A stretch of DNA of 64,000 nt from an uncultured Elusimicrobia bacterium (GCA_963702895.1 OY969767.1:1056001-1120000); one strand, 5' to 3'; shown: positions 10,485-21,634, counted from the stretch's first letter. The notes: generated by a model not told the origin, from the letters alone. Made by a program: numbers and translations.

Positions 10485-12205
10485 TGGAGGAGTTGCAAAT
10501 TGTGGAGCTTAAAGTAGGTCCCTTCTTTGGCGAGGAGGGCCGCGTGGCTGCCTTCTTCAATGATGCGGCCATGGTCCAACACAACGATCCGGTCCGCTCG
10601 GCGAACGGTCGACAGGCGATGGGCGATCACCAGGGCGGTTCTATTTTCCATGAGACGTTCGAGGGCCTCCTGAACGAGTCGCTCCGATTCCGCATCCAAT
10701 GCCGAGGTGGCTTCATCGAGGAGCAGGATCGGCGGGTTCTTCAGGAGAGCGCGCGCGATCGAGAGGCGCTGACGTTCTCCACCGGAGAGGCGCGTGCCGC
10801 GCTCGCCAATGAGCGTATCGTACCCCTGAGGCAGTCTTTGAATGAAGGTGTGAGCATTGGCGGCCGTGGCAGCCCCTTCAATTTCGACTTGGGAGGCCTC
10901 TGGGCGTCCATAAGCGATGTTATAGCGAACGGTCTCGTTAAAAAGGAGCACTTCCTGGGTGACAAGACCAATTTGTTTCCGGAGTGATGAAAAAGTGGCA
11001 TAACGGATGTCCTGGCCATCCAGGAGAATTCGTCCCGAGGAGGGGTCATAGAACCGGGGCAGGAGGAGTGCCAGTGTTGATTTTCCCGCACCCGAAGCGC
11101 CCACTAAAGCCACGATTTCTCCCGCCTTGACCTGGAGCGATATGCTCGTCAGCGCGGGGCGCTCATGATGGGGGTACTTGAACGTCACATTCTCATAAGT
11201 AATCGATTGCGAAAATGCTGGAAAGATTTTTGCATCAACAGCTTCGGCAATCATCGGCACTCGGTCAATGAGCTCAAAAACACGCTCCGAAGAAGCCAAA
11301 CCGAGCTGGAGCTGAGCATTCAGTTCGGCAAAATTTTTAAGCGGCCGGTAGGTCATCACGGCATAAGCAATAAACGCTAGAAAGGAACCCGCTGTCCAGA
11401 CGCCATGGACGACATCCGCGCCACCCTTCCAGAGGAGGAGGGAGAGGATTAAGGCTCCTACCAATTCCATGAGGGGGCTGGACACGGTATCGGCCTGAGC
11501 AAAACGCAGACCCAGGTGCAGAAAGCGGGCGTTGGACTTCTGAAACCGTTCCGATTCCACCTTCTCAGCGCTATAAGCCTTCACCACGGGTGCGGCAAGG
11601 ATATTTTCCTGAATGACGGTGTAAAGGTCACCCATTTGTTCCTGACCTTTTCTTCCGACCTTCCGCAGGCGCTTGCCAAGAAAGATGATGATGGCGGCTG
11701 AAAAGGGAAGAATCGCAAGCGTCAGCAGGGCAAAGCGCCAATTGAGATAAAAAATGAGACCGATATTAAAGATCGCCGTGAGACCATCACGAATAAAGTA
11801 GACCGGCGCCCGTGCGATGACATTTTGCAGGGCTGATAAATCATTGGTAAACCTGGCCATTACTTTCCCGGTCGATGTCCCAGCAAAAAAATCCAAAGAG
11901 AGGTCCTGCAGATGATTAAAGAGTTTTTGGCGGATATCATTCACGGCCCGGAGGCCAACGGAGGCCATCAGATAATTCTGGACATAGGAGAAAAATCCAA
12001 GGCCCAAGGAGATGGTCGGAACAGCCCAGAGAAGCGTTTGAAGCATCGACATGTCGTGGGCCAGGAACACCTTGTCCTGGAGGGGCTTCACCAGGTAGAT
12101 GCGAAGGGCGTTCAGCGCGGCGACCATCCCCATGCAAAGGATGGCCACCATGAGCCTGGCAAGATAAGGTTGCAGGTAAATGGAAAGGCGTTTGAAAAGC
12201 TTCAT
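10481..12205 (-). CDS. msbA: Lipid A export ABC transporter MsbA
   Basis: ABC TMD plus NBD (GASGAGKS, LSGGERQR, LDEATSALD), downstream of lpxB. Confidence 0.88.
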   Translation of the reverse strand: MKLFKRLSIYLQPYLARLMVAILCMGMVAALNALRIYLVKPLQDKVFLAHDMSMLQTLLWAVPTISLGLGFFSYVQNYLMASVGLRAVNDIRQKLFNHLQDLSLDFFAGTSTGKVMARFTNDLSALQNVIARAPVYFIRDGLTAIFNIGLIFYLNWRFALLTLAILPFSAAIIIFLGKRLRKVGRKGQEQMGDLYTVIQENILAAPVVKAYSAEKVESERFQKSNARFLHLGLRFAQADTVSSPLMELVGALILSLLLWKGGADVVHGVWTAGSFLAFIAYAVMTYRPLKNFAELNAQLQLGLASSERVFELIDRVPMIAEAVDAKIFPAFSQSITYENVTFKYPHHERPALTSISLQVKAGEIVALVGASGAGKSTLALLLPRFYDPSSGRILLDGQDIRYATFSSLRKQIGLVTQEVLLFNETVRYNIAYGRPEASQVEIEGAATAANAHTFIQRLPQGYDTLIGERGTRLSGGERQRLSIARALLKNPPILLLDEATSALDAESERLVQEALERLMENRTALVIAHRLSTVRRADRIVVLDHGRIIEEGSHAALLAKEGTYFKLHNLQLLH

Positions 12206-13305
12206 GCGATCATCTCCAGGATGACATCAGCCGCCCGGGAACTCCCCCCCTCTTGGAGGGTGGCGCGGAGCGATAGTAAGGTGTGTCGTACACTTTCCCG
12301 CTGACGGGCATCGCTCAAGAGCGGCAACGCGTCCTCAAAGAGCTGTTCCGGTGTGGCGGCGGCCTGGATCCGCTCAGGGACGACGGATTTTCCTGCAAGG
12401 AGATTCGGGATGCCCACAAAGGGCACCTGGATGAGGCTTCTTGCGATCCAGTAGGTCAGCGTGGAGAGCTTATACATGATAATCATCGGTATGCCCAAGA
12501 GCATGTTCTCAAGGGCTGCCGTGCCAGAAACGCCGATGGCAAGCCATAGACTCTTGCGTGTGTCATAAAGTGGGTCGGTCGAGATCTCGATCCAGGGTTC
12601 AAGACGGACAAGGGAAGCGTAAAACTCTTGGCTCATTTCGTCAGGTCGAAAGAGAACACATCGCAGTTCCGGAAAGTGAGCATGTAAGCGCTTTGCCGTT
12701 TCGACAAGGACGGGGAGATGGCGGCGGATCGTGCCTGGGCGTGAGCCCGGGAGGATCCCGATCGTCGGGGTTCGAGCGGGCGAACCGGGTTCCGGCATCC
12801 TTTCCAGGAGCGGATGCCCAACAAAAGTGGCAGGCACTCCAGCCTTTTTGTAGAGCGCAAGCTCAAATGGGAAGATGACCAGCATCCGGTCCACCACCGC
12901 GGCCAGTTTCTGAATGCGTCCGGCGCGGCTAGCCCAAACCTGCGGGCTGATGTAATAGGCCACGGGAATGCCCCGGCCATGAGCCAAGCGCGCCATCTTG
13001 ATGTTGAAACCGTAATAATCCATCGGTATGACAAGATCCGGCCGGTCCAGCATGATGAGCTTTTTGACCTCCCTGTAAGCTTTCCATAACTCGGGAAGCT
13101 TCAAGAGGGGTTCCCAAAACCCAAACCCCCCCACCTCCACTAGGGGGTATAAGAACGCGTCGCTGGCGCTGCGCAGTTGGGGGCCTCCCAGGGAGCTCAC
13201 CCTGATCTCAGGGCGGCGGCGCTTGAGCGCCGCGACGAGCGCAGCGCCATGCCGGTCCGCGGAAGGATCACCCGCGATGATCAGAAGATGGGAAGGCTTA
13301 GACAT
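12202..13305 (-). CDS. lpxB: Lipid A disaccharide synthase
   Basis: AGDPSADRHG, YYISPQVWA, FPFE, FVGHPL, LPGSR, SGTAALE. Confidence 0.96.
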   Translation of the reverse strand: MSKPSHLLIIAGDPSADRHGAALVAALKRRRPEIRVSSLGGPQLRSASDAFLYPLVEVGGFGFWEPLLKLPELWKAYREVKKLIMLDRPDLVIPMDYYGFNIKMARLAHGRGIPVAYYISPQVWASRAGRIQKLAAVVDRMLVIFPFELALYKKAGVPATFVGHPLLERMPEPGSPARTPTIGILPGSRPGTIRRHLPVLVETAKRLHAHFPELRCVLFRPDEMSQEFYASLVRLEPWIEISTDPLYDTRKSLWLAIGVSGTAALENMLLGIPMIIMYKLSTLTYWIARSLIQVPFVGIPNLLAGKSVVPERIQAAATPEQLFEDALPLLSDARQRESVRHTLLSLRATLQEGGSSRAADVILEMIA

Positions 13306-14290
13306 AGACTCTGAGCTGTTTCAGGATTTCTTGCGCCAGCTGCAGCGCGTCTCGTCCGTGTTCCCCTGCCACTAAAGGTGGGCGCTTCTCCTTGACGCAT
13401 TCGAGAAAATGGCTGATCTCGAGCCCCAGGGGGTCATGCTTGGGAAGCCGGGGCGTGATCACCTGAACATCAGACAGGCTCCGAACGAGTTCAGATTTCT
13501 TGCGATAGACCTTCAGCTCGGGCAATGCATAGTCCAGCGAAAGATAAGCATTATGCTGAAACACTCGTATTCGGCGGTATTTCTTAAGTGAAATGCGGGA
13601 CGCGGACAGGTCCGCGATACAACCACCCTCAAAATGAATCCTCACCTTGGCAATATCTTCATGCCTCGAAAGGACTTTGGCTCCGAAGGCCTCCACCCGC
13701 CTTACGGGGCGGTTCACAAGAAAAAGAACAATGTCCAGGTCATGGATCATGAGGTCCAGGACCACGCCGATCTCGGCCACGCGGGGGTCGAAGGGCCCTA
13801 AACGATTGACTTCGATAAACTGGGGATGGTCGATGTGCTTGACCGCTTCCATGACCGCGGGATTAAAACGTTCGATATGGCCCACCTGCAGGACACACTG
13901 GTTTTGCGCCGCGAGCTGGATCAGCGCTTCCGCCTCCTCGACGGTCGAGGCGAGAGGTTTTTCGATGAGGCAGGATACACCTTGTCCCAGGAATTGCCGC
14001 GCGACCTCGTAATGGGATGGGGTAGGGGTCGCGACGATGACAGCGTCAAGCAAGCCCCGGAGCCGAGCGGAATCCGTGAACGCTTCCGTTCTGAATTTTC
14101 TCGCGGCGAGGCGGGCCTGCTCAGGGTTTGCGTCGAGAACGCCGATGAGGGCCGCGGCCTTTGACCGGGCGAGGTGCTTCAGATGGAATTGCCCCATGCG
14201 ACCGGCGCCAAGGACGGCGACGCGAAGGCGGCCTATCTCCGGGTGCTTGTCCTTTGACTTAAACGCCTGTAAGAGTGAGCTGAGCGGCAT
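13298..14290 (-). CDS. Gfo/Idh/MocA oxidoreductase (GnnA-like candidate)
   Basis: GAGRMG, EKP, GHIERFNP, DLMIHDLD; lies within the lpx operon. Confidence 0.88.
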   Translation of the reverse strand: MPLSSLLQAFKSKDKHPEIGRLRVAVLGAGRMGQFHLKHLARSKAAALIGVLDANPEQARLAARKFRTEAFTDSARLRGLLDAVIVATPTPSHYEVARQFLGQGVSCLIEKPLASTVEEAEALIQLAAQNQCVLQVGHIERFNPAVMEAVKHIDHPQFIEVNRLGPFDPRVAEIGVVLDLMIHDLDIVLFLVNRPVRRVEAFGAKVLSRHEDIAKVRIHFEGGCIADLSASRISLKKYRRIRVFQHNAYLSLDYALPELKVYRKKSELVRSLSDVQVITPRLPKHDPLGLEISHFLECVKEKRPPLVAGEHGRDALQLAQEILKQLRVYV

Positions 14291-15062
14291 TAGCGTCCTT
14301 AAGGAGCTGTTCTTTTTCAAGGAGAAGCGTTTTCCCCGCCTCAAGCGCCATCACGCGGGAGCCTGCGGCCTGCAGAGAGGCGAGGGTTTTTGGACCGATG
14401 ACGGGAATATCGAACCGGAGGTCCTGATTGGGCCTGGCCATCTTGATCACGACACAGCCCGGGCCGGCGATTTCCCCTGCTCGTCGTATGCAGGCATCCG
14501 TTCCTTCCATGGCCTCGACGGCGACAACCGTTTTGTCCTTCACAATAAGGGTCTGTCCGATGTCATGACCGGCAATCGCCCTGGTGAGCGGAATGCCAAA
14601 GTCAATATCGGCCTTCTCCTCTGATGTCAGCGCCCGGCGGGTCATCGTGCCCTGGGCGCTGAGCCAGCTTTCCAGGTAGGTCGTGGAAGGCAAAAAATGA
14701 ATTCCCTCGGACTCAAACTCCGCAATCACCGTGCCCAGGAGCGACTCCGCCTTTTTGTTGACGAGCTTCGTCAGAAGCTTGGCCGCGCGCCAGTCCGGCA
14801 GGATGTTCCGGAAAAGCTGCGTGTGCTTCACCTGGCCGGCCATCACGGCTTCCTTGACGCCATGGTCTTTAAAAAAGGAAATGGTTTTGCCCAGCTGCCC
14901 AATCGAAAGCCATGTGAGCTCATCCGCCCACTTCTCAAGGGCAGGATCCGCCTCTTCCTTGAGCGCCACCGCAATGATGGTATCGCCGCGCCTTTTGGCT
15001 TCCTGTGCCAAAAGGATTGGGAATTTGCCGTTCCCGGCAATCAGCCCAAGGGCTTTAGGCAT
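14259..15062 (-). CDS. lpxI: UDP-2,3-diacylglucosamine diphosphatase LpxI
   Basis: LGLIAGNGKFP, DIGQT, VEAMEGTD, QDLRFDIPVIG. Confidence 0.95.
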   Translation of the reverse strand: MPKALGLIAGNGKFPILLAQEAKRRGDTIIAVALKEEADPALEKWADELTWLSIGQLGKTISFFKDHGVKEAVMAGQVKHTQLFRNILPDWRAAKLLTKLVNKKAESLLGTVIAEFESEGIHFLPSTTYLESWLSAQGTMTRRALTSEEKADIDFGIPLTRAIAGHDIGQTLIVKDKTVVAVEAMEGTDACIRRAGEIAGPGCVVIKMARPNQDLRFDIPVIGPKTLASLQAAGSRVMALEAGKTLLLEKEQLLKDANAAQLTLTGV

Positions 15063-15876
15063 TTTCGGATGGTTCGTCTTTCGAGGATGGTCGGCAGATA
15101 CCGCGCTGGCTTTGTTGGATGAAGGCCAGAAATTCCATAACCGGTTGGGGTCGTTCCGTCTTAAGGAGGCGTGCCACGTGATCTTTAAGAGGAGCGGATG
15201 GATCAAAGACCTCCCGGAAGACGATCTTTAAGTCCTTGATCATCTCTTGAGCAAATCCCCGCCGCCGAAGACCCACCAGGTTCAAGCCTGCCAAGCGCGC
15301 GCGGTCTCCCCATGCGAGGGCAAAAGGCGGGATGTCGAGCGGTACCATGGCGCCAGCGCCGATCATCGCGAGTTTGCCGACACGCACAAATTGGTGCAAG
15401 CCCACCATGCCGCCGATGACCGACCAGTCGCCCACCTCACAGTGTCCGGCGACCGCGACGGAGTTCGCGAGAATGACTTCGTTTCCAATCACGCAGTCAT
15501 GGGCCACGTGGGAATAGGCCATAAAAAGGCAGCGCGACCCGATACGCGTCACGCCCGTGGCGGAGGTGCCGCGGTTGAGCGTCGCGGCTTCCCGTACGAT
15601 ACAGCCGGCGCCCATCGTCAATCGTGTCGGCTCGCCACGGTACTTCAAGTCCTGGGGCGCGGTGCCCACAAAGGCGCCCGCGTGGATCTGGCAACCTTCT
15701 CCAACATCGGCAAATTCCACAACGGCATGCGGGCCAACGGAGACGCGCGGCCCAAGCACCGTTTCTTCGCCGATGATGGCATAGGGGCCGACTTTGGCTG
15801 TAGGGTCCACCCGCGCGGTGGGATGAACGAGGGCGGTGGGATGAAGGAGAGACTCGCTCGTGGTGCCTGTGCTCAC
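15055..15876 (-). CDS. lpxA: UDP-N-acetylglucosamine acyltransferase
   Basis: Hexapeptide repeats, PQDLKY, HVAHDC, HQF, GLNLVGLRRRG. Start GTG 15876 or ATG 15912. Confidence 0.96.
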   Translation of the reverse strand: MSTGTTSESLLHPTALVHPTARVDPTAKVGPYAIIGEETVLGPRVSVGPHAVVEFADVGEGCQIHAGAFVGTAPQDLKYRGEPTRLTMGAGCIVREAATLNRGTSATGVTRIGSRCLFMAYSHVAHDCVIGNEVILANSVAVAGHCEVGDWSVIGGMVGLHQFVRVGKLAMIGAGAMVPLDIPPFALAWGDRARLAGLNLVGLRRRGFAQEMIKDLKIVFREVFDPSAPLKDHVARLLKTERPQPVMEFLAFIQQSQRGICRPSSKDEPSENA

Positions 15877-16006
15877 CCCACCACCTCTTTCTTTGCTTTT
15901 ACTCGCATGCATGAAGCCATGTTATTGATCAGAGCAAGTGTGTAAATCCTAATCCGCAGTAGCAGACTGGGGGTCACTTGCGATCGCGAAGAAAGAGGTG
16001 GTGGGG

Positions 16007-16462
16007 TCATCCCGGAGGCGCCTCCTTGTCGACGATCGCGAAGCTAAAAACGGCTTCCGTGGCCAGCTGGCCTTCCACAAAAGCTTCTCCCTTGGCTTTC
16101 CCGAACTTGGAACGCATTTGAAGGACCTCCACCTTGAGCTCCAGGCGATCCCCGGGAACCACCGGTTTGCGGAATTTGATTTCCTCCATGCCCATAAAAA
16201 AGGCGAGCTTATTCTTGGCATCAGGTTTAAAAAGAAAAAGCGCGCAGGCGACCTGGGCCAATGCTTCGACAATGAGGACGCCCGGCATGATCGCGCGATC
16301 TGGAAAGTGGCCCTGGAAAAAAGGTTCATTGCCTGAAACACACTTGATGCCGACGGCACTTTTGTCGGGTTCTGTGATTGTCACCCTGTCGACCAGGAGA
16401 AAGGGAAACCGATGAGGAATCGCCTTTTTGAGTTCGTCGAAATTAAGGACGGTGGATGGCAT
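16007..16462 (-). CDS. fabZ: 3-hydroxyacyl-ACP dehydratase
   Basis: IPHRFPFLLVDRV, FQGHFP, MPGVLIVEALAQ. Confidence 0.97.
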   Translation of the reverse strand: MPSTVLNFDELKKAIPHRFPFLLVDRVTITEPDKSAVGIKCVSGNEPFFQGHFPDRAIMPGVLIVEALAQVACALFLFKPDAKNKLAFFMGMEEIKFRKPVVPGDRLELKVEVLQMRSKFGKAKGEAFVEGQLATEAVFSFAIVDKEAPPG

Positions 16463-17312
16463 AAGGGGCCTCCGATAAACACTTCTCAGCAACCATCTTC
16501 ACAAAATTAACATTGTGACCATGGCCAGGCCTGATGGCCTTGACATGCGCTTTGAGGGACACGCCCAGGAGGAAGAGGTCGCCCAAGAGGTCGAGCGCCT
16601 TGTGGCGCGCGAACTCGTCCGGGAAACGCAAGCTCTTCTCCTTGTTGTGGATGCGGTCCAGGCCTACCACGACCGCGTTGTCGAGAGATCCTCCACGCGC
16701 GAGCCCCTGCTTTTTGAGTGCCTCCACTTCGTAATCGAAACAGAACGTTCGCGCGGTGGCGATTTCCTTGCGGTAACGCTCCGGTTCAATGGTGACGGTG
16801 ATTTCCTGCTGCTGGATCAGCGGGTGCTTGTAGATCAGGACGGTTGTTAGCCGGAGCTCATCGGCCGGCTCCAGCGTAATGACCGTTTCCCCCGCACGGT
16901 ATTCCAAGCGTTCGGTCGGTGCCAAGATCTGCCGCTCGGCATTCTGTTCGGCGAGGCCTGCTCCTTGAAGCGCGTCAAAGAACACGCGGCTTGAGCCATC
17001 CGCCACAGGAGGTTCATTGGCATTAAGCTCAATGACCAAATTGTCGATGCCCAGAGCGTAGACAGCGGAGAGCATATGTTCGATCGTATGCACCCGCAGG
17101 AGCTCATTGCCAAGTGTCGTTCCGCGGATGACGCTCACGACCTTGGAATAATGTGCTCTGATTTGCGGTCGGCCCTCTAAATCGGTTCGAACCAGTGTGA
17201 CGCCTGTATTTTCCGGCGCGGGCTTAAAGACAGCCTCGCACAGGTTGCCGGTGTGCAGGCCAATGCCCTTGTATTCGATTTCCTTCACGATGGTGTGTTG
17301 ACGTGTGCTCAT
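16443..17312 (-). CDS. lpxC: UDP-3-O-acyl-GlcNAc deacetylase
   Basis: [33 protein letters not shown]. Confidence 0.97.
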   Translation of the reverse strand: MSTRQHTIVKEIEYKGIGLHTGNLCEAVFKPAPENTGVTLVRTDLEGRPQIRAHYSKVVSVIRGTTLGNELLRVHTIEHMLSAVYALGIDNLVIELNANEPPVADGSSRVFFDALQGAGLAEQNAERQILAPTERLEYRAGETVITLEPADELRLTTVLIYKHPLIQQQEITVTIEPERYRKEIATARTFCFDYEVEALKKQGLARGGSLDNAVVVGLDRIHNKEKSLRFPDEFARHKALDLLGDLFLLGVSLKAHVKAIRPGHGHNVNFVKMVAEKCLSEAPYAIHRP

Positions 17313-18277
17313 AATTTTTTCCTAAGTTCCTTAACGGCCTCATAGAGTTCCTCGAGTTTGCCGTAAATGGCCTGGAGTCTCATCGCCTGCCGATGGGGCC
17401 GCGCAGGGGTTCCAAAAAGGACCGCGCCTGGTTCGACATCGTTCATAATGCCGGATTGCGCGGCGATCACGGCTCCGTCGCCAATCGTGATATGCCCCGT
17501 CACGCCCGATTGGCCGGCCAGGGTCACACGGTTGCCGATTTTCGTGGAGCCCGCGATGCCCGCCTGGGCCACAATCAGACAGTCGCGTCCGATGTGGACG
17601 TTATGGGCAATTTGAACAAGATTATCGATCTTGGTCCCCGCTCCGATGCGCGTCTCGCCCGTCGTCGCACGGTCCACCGTGACGTTGGCGCCGATTTCGA
17701 CGTCGTCCTCGACCACAACGCAACCAATCTGAGGGATCTTATGGTGCCGGCCGTTTTGGGTGGCAAAGCCATAGCCGTCCGCTCCCAGGACCGCGCCGGA
17801 GTGGATAATCACGCGATCGCCGATCCTGGTGTCTTCCCGCAGGACGACATGGGGGTAAAGGAGGCAGTTCGCGCCGATCTGGACCCGATGGCCGATATAA
17901 CATCCAGGATAAACGCTCGTGCCCGAACCAATCGTCGCGCTGGGCTCCACGTGGGCTTTGGGATGGACCCCCTGCGGGTGCTGTTGACGTTGTTGATCAA
18001 TCAGACCCAGCACCTGCGCATAAGCCCATTGCGGATTGGCGACACGGATGAGGGTCTTTCCCTCAGGCAGCGTGATCCCGTTCATTTTCTGTGGGATGAG
18101 GACGACCCGGGCCCGTGTGGATTGCAGGGAGCTTATATATTTAGGGTTGTGGAAGAATGAAAGCTCGCTCTCTGACGCCTCATCGAGGCCCGCTGCCCCG
18201 TGGATGACGAGAGCCCCATCGCCCGAGAGATCACCCCCGACCGCCTGAGCAATGTCACGGGCCACAAGGGCGATCAT
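17309..18277 (-). CDS. lpxD: UDP-3-O-acylglucosamine N-acyltransferase
   Basis: Hexapeptide repeats, [25 protein letters not shown]. Confidence 0.96.
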   Translation of the reverse strand: MIALVARDIAQAVGGDLSGDGALVIHGAAGLDEASESELSFFHNPKYISSLQSTRARVVLIPQKMNGITLPEGKTLIRVANPQWAYAQVLGLIDQQRQQHPQGVHPKAHVEPSATIGSGTSVYPGCYIGHRVQIGANCLLYPHVVLREDTRIGDRVIIHSGAVLGADGYGFATQNGRHHKIPQIGCVVVEDDVEIGANVTVDRATTGETRIGAGTKIDNLVQIAHNVHIGRDCLIVAQAGIAGSTKIGNRVTLAGQSGVTGHITIGDGAVIAAQSGIMNDVEPGAVLFGTPARPHRQAMRLQAIYGKLEELYEAVKELRKKL

Positions 18278-19125
18278 GGACTCTCCTCAACCAGACGCGC
18301 GATCAATTTGTCGCTTAAATCCACCGTATCTTCACCATAGAGCACATAGGCCTTGTCCAGGACGACAGAGAGGCCTTCATCGCGCGCCAGCGTTTGAAGC
18401 ACGGCGTAAATCTTGGACATCACACCGTAGGTCTTCTGTGTTTGCAGGACTTTCATATCCGCAACGGAGTGGCCACGAAAATCTTTAAACTCCGCTGTTT
18501 TGCGTTCCAAAAGCTTGGTGTTGTCATCAATTCGTTTCTGAAGGGCGGTTCTTGCTTCTGGAGTCAAGGCAACCGGGGAGCCCGTGGCCAACTGATCAAG
18601 CAGCGAACCCTTCTTCGTGCTGTCTGGCTTCATGCCAGGCAGCTGGGTCGGGGGACCCTGCTGGACCCGTTCCGTAAGGGTCGTTGCATCATGGCCAGGC
18701 AAGCCAGCCAAGGGATCTTCCAAAGGGTAAGGTTCGACGGAGGTCTTGGCGCTTGGCGTGCTGGTGGCGACCGCAGGCGCTGCTGGAGCAGCGGGCGTCA
18801 AATCCGGGACATTATTGGCCGGAACGATGACAGCCGAGCCCCCCCGGGACTGCTGGAGGGCTTCTTGATCCGAAGCAATCTGTTGCCGAAGGGTGTTGAT
18901 GAGGGATTGGCGCTGGCCAAGCTCGCGTTTGCGCTTCTCGACTTCACGCAAGAGATCCCCTTCCGCAAAAGATTTCTCGGGGTAGGTGTCAAAGACCTTC
19001 TGTAAATCGACGTACCCGATGCGAGAAGCGGATAAAGATTCGAGCGGAATTTCGACCGAAAAAAGCGGGACCTCACCCATAGCCAGGAGAGAAAATGCAA
19101 GCGCGACGGTTCCGCATCTATTCAT
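18274..19125 (-). CDS. skp: OmpH/Skp-family periplasmic chaperone with Pro/Ala-rich insertion
   Basis: Signal peptide, [11 protein letters not shown]-terminal VVLDK..VLYG...DLSDKLI; between bamA and lpxD. Confidence 0.82.
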   Translation of the reverse strand: MNRCGTVALAFSLLAMGEVPLFSVEIPLESLSASRIGYVDLQKVFDTYPEKSFAEGDLLREVEKRKRELGQRQSLINTLRQQIASDQEALQQSRGGSAVIVPANNVPDLTPAAPAAPAVATSTPSAKTSVEPYPLEDPLAGLPGHDATTLTERVQQGPPTQLPGMKPDSTKKGSLLDQLATGSPVALTPEARTALQKRIDDNTKLLERKTAEFKDFRGHSVADMKVLQTQKTYGVMSKIYAVLQTLARDEGLSVVLDKAYVLYGEDTVDLSDKLIARLVEESP

Positions 19126-21596
19126 TAAAAGAGACTCCCTACGGTAAAGTAAAACTGCGATTGCGCTTCCCCTGGGGCGGCATTGAGAGCATGCCCCCAG
19201 TCTAAACGCAAGGGAAACACGGGCGTCTTAAATCGAACGCCGAAACCGACCCCTTGTTTGAGGTTGGTCCGCCCTGAGCCGATTTGATAGTTAATACCGG
19301 AGATTTCGTTCCAAGAGCCGCCGATGTCATAGAAAAACACGCCTTGCAACAGGGTCCTGCCGCGCTCATCGGGGGCTATCGGGAATTTATATTCTACATT
19401 ATAGACGTGAGCGATCTCCCCGCCGTTGATCGCACCGACGCGGCCTAAGTCGTAGCCGCGCACCGTGTCGGCGCCGCCAATGTGGAAGAGTTCATCGACG
19501 ATATCGTCACGCTTGTCCCCCCCCCAAGGCTTCACCATGCCCCAATTTCCGTGGAGCGATAACACAAATTTCCAAAAGGTCGGGATGTGGAGACTTTCGT
19601 CGACGATGGGCTTCACATATTTAATCGCGTCTGCCGGAAACAGGCCGCCCTCGGTGATGGCCAAGGAGGTCCTCATGCCTCGTGTCGGGTCGAATTGATT
19701 ATCGCGTGTATCGCGAATGAATTGCTGTCCTAAGTTAGACGTCTTTTTGCGGGCTTCTGAGATCGTGGGGTCTGTAATCGCTTCAGGGCCAAGGACTTGC
19801 CCTCGGATGACATCGGTCAGGATAGGGTTGGCGGGATTGTTATACACGTCGAAACGCCGACGGAGAGCGAAGGAGTAACTAAAGAGCAGGTTGTAGATGT
19901 CTGAGAAACGGGGCCCGGCGGTGATGCTTCCGCCAACGTCGTGGGTTTTGTAAGCATCCCGAACGGTGTTCAGCTGCAGGGTACGGGTCACGTTAAAGAC
20001 ATTCAAGCCGAGCGTCAAGGGTTTGCCCATAAACCATGGCTCCGACCATCCGATGTCGAAGCTGTTGGTACGAGAACCGAATTGCCACTGCACGTTCACG
20101 CGCTGGCCACGGCCGAGGAAGTTCATGTGCTGTACCGAAAGCGTGCCAATCAAACCGTCGACCGAAGAGTAGCCGGCGCCTGCGGAAAGAACTCCGGGTT
20201 TTCCTTCGGTGACGGTGAAAATGATGTCTGCTTTGGTGGGAGAGCTGGGTTGTTGGACATCGACGTCGATATTGTCGAGGAAGCCTAAATTGTAAAGCCT
20301 TTCCACACTCTTGCGGGCCAGCACGGAGCTGAAAGGATCACCCTCTCTGAGTTTGATTTCCCGGCGGATGACGTAATCCTTCGTGTGCGTATTGCCTTCG
20401 ACGCCGATATGGTCGACATACACCACATCGCCTTCGGTGATCTTGAAGTCAAGGTCGACGATGCCTTGCGGGGCGTCTTGGTTGAACTCGGTCGCGATGT
20501 TGACGCGAATATAGCCTTGGGACCCGTAAACGTCTTGGAGCCGGCCCATGGTCTGGTCGACTTTCTCCTGGCTGTATACATCGGAAGATTTATAAATGAC
20601 AGCCGGATGGAGTTTCTCGCTGGGGAAGATGGCATTGCCTCGAAAAGAGGTCTTGCCAAAGCGAAAAAGAGGGCCTTCTTCGACCGTCACGCTGACCGTC
20701 AGACGCGTCTTGTCTTCATTGAAAGTCTGCGTTGGTTCCGGGACCCGGATATTCTGATAACCGCGGTTCTTATAAAACTTCATGATTTCTTCCACATCCT
20801 TGACGAGCACGTCCTGCTTGAAGACCTTTTTCCGGCGTGTTTTCATTAACTTTTGGATCTTTTTGGGCTCAAAGGCCTTCACGCCCGAAAGCTCGACCTG
20901 GCTCACCAGAACCTGGGTCCCCTCGGTGATGAAGAAGGTAATGGAAACGTGTTGGGTGTCGTCGGTCGTGGAAAAGGGCTCCACCTGAGCGGCGGCAAAG
21001 CCTTCATCCTTGTAGACGGAAAGGATTTTCTCGACATCGATGTTCAGCTTGAACTTGTCGAGGGGATCGCTTTCCTTGAGCGTCAGGCTGTCCCGAAGCT
21101 TGCTGGAGCCTAACTTCTTGTTCCCTTTAAAGTCGATGCGCTTGACGACGGGCTTTTCCGCGACTTTGAAGGTGACGATCACGCCCCCGGGGACATCCGT
21201 GACTTCCAGCGACACGTCCTCGAAGTTTCCCATGCCGTAGATCGCCTGGACATCTTTGCTGAGCTTGGCCGGGTCATAGAGATCGTTCTTATGGGTTTTG
21301 ACCTGAGCGAGGATCACGCGCTCTCGGACGTTGCGATTGCCTTCCGTCTGGATTTTAAGGATGCGGGCAAAACGATTCAGGCGCTTGGATTCCTGTTCAG
21401 TTTCTGGAACGCCCGGTTCGTCAGAGGCCTCCGTAGGACTGGAGATGGAGAGAACATCCGTGGGAACAGGAAGCTCTCCCAGTGCAGCCGCCAGAGAGAT
21501 CCCGGGCGTGCCCTCTGCCCGAACCATCCCACCGACGCTGCATGCTCCAAGCAAAACCAATAATGAAAATCGAAATCGCTTCGAAAAATGTAGCAA
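19125..21596 (-). CDS. bamA: Outer membrane protein assembly factor BamA
   Basis: Five POTRA repeats, GNTHTKDYVIRRE, GGADTVRGY, C-terminal F; TTG start after GAGGAG (ORF track 21602). Confidence 0.95.
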   Translation of the reverse strand: MLHFSKRFRFSLLVLLGACSVGGMVRAEGTPGISLAAALGELPVPTDVLSISSPTEASDEPGVPETEQESKRLNRFARILKIQTEGNRNVRERVILAQVKTHKNDLYDPAKLSKDVQAIYGMGNFEDVSLEVTDVPGGVIVTFKVAEKPVVKRIDFKGNKKLGSSKLRDSLTLKESDPLDKFKLNIDVEKILSVYKDEGFAAAQVEPFSTTDDTQHVSITFFITEGTQVLVSQVELSGVKAFEPKKIQKLMKTRRKKVFKQDVLVKDVEEIMKFYKNRGYQNIRVPEPTQTFNEDKTRLTVSVTVEEGPLFRFGKTSFRGNAIFPSEKLHPAVIYKSSDVYSQEKVDQTMGRLQDVYGSQGYIRVNIATEFNQDAPQGIVDLDFKITEGDVVYVDHIGVEGNTHTKDYVIRREIKLREGDPFSSVLARKSVERLYNLGFLDNIDVDVQQPSSPTKADIIFTVTEGKPGVLSAGAGYSSVDGLIGTLSVQHMNFLGRGQRVNVQWQFGSRTNSFDIGWSEPWFMGKPLTLGLNVFNVTRTLQLNTVRDAYKTHDVGGSITAGPRFSDIYNLLFSYSFALRRRFDVYNNPANPILTDVIRGQVLGPEAITDPTISEARKKTSNLGQQFIRDTRDNQFDPTRGMRTSLAITEGGLFPADAIKYVKPIVDESLHIPTFWKFVLSLHGNWGMVKPWGGDKRDDIVDELFHIGGADTVRGYDLGRVGAINGGEIAHVYNVEYKFPIAPDERGRTLLQGVFFYDIGGSWNEISGINYQIGSGRTNLKQGVGFGVRFKTPVFPLRLDWGHALNAAPGEAQSQFYFTVGSLF

Positions 21597-21625
21597 GAAC
21601 ACTCCTCAGACTATAATTTCTGCGA

Positions 21626-21634
21626 ATTATATCA
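21626..21634 (-). promoter_or_regulatory. Extended -10 promoter (TGATATAAT) for the bamA-lpx operon
   Basis: Perfect TGn-TATAAT about 30 nt upstream of bamA. Confidence 0.6.

Noticed and set aside
10075..10584. ORFs 10075-10584, 10170-10460 and 26797-27270 sharing sequence
   Set aside because: They are translations of the MITE, not a protein family.
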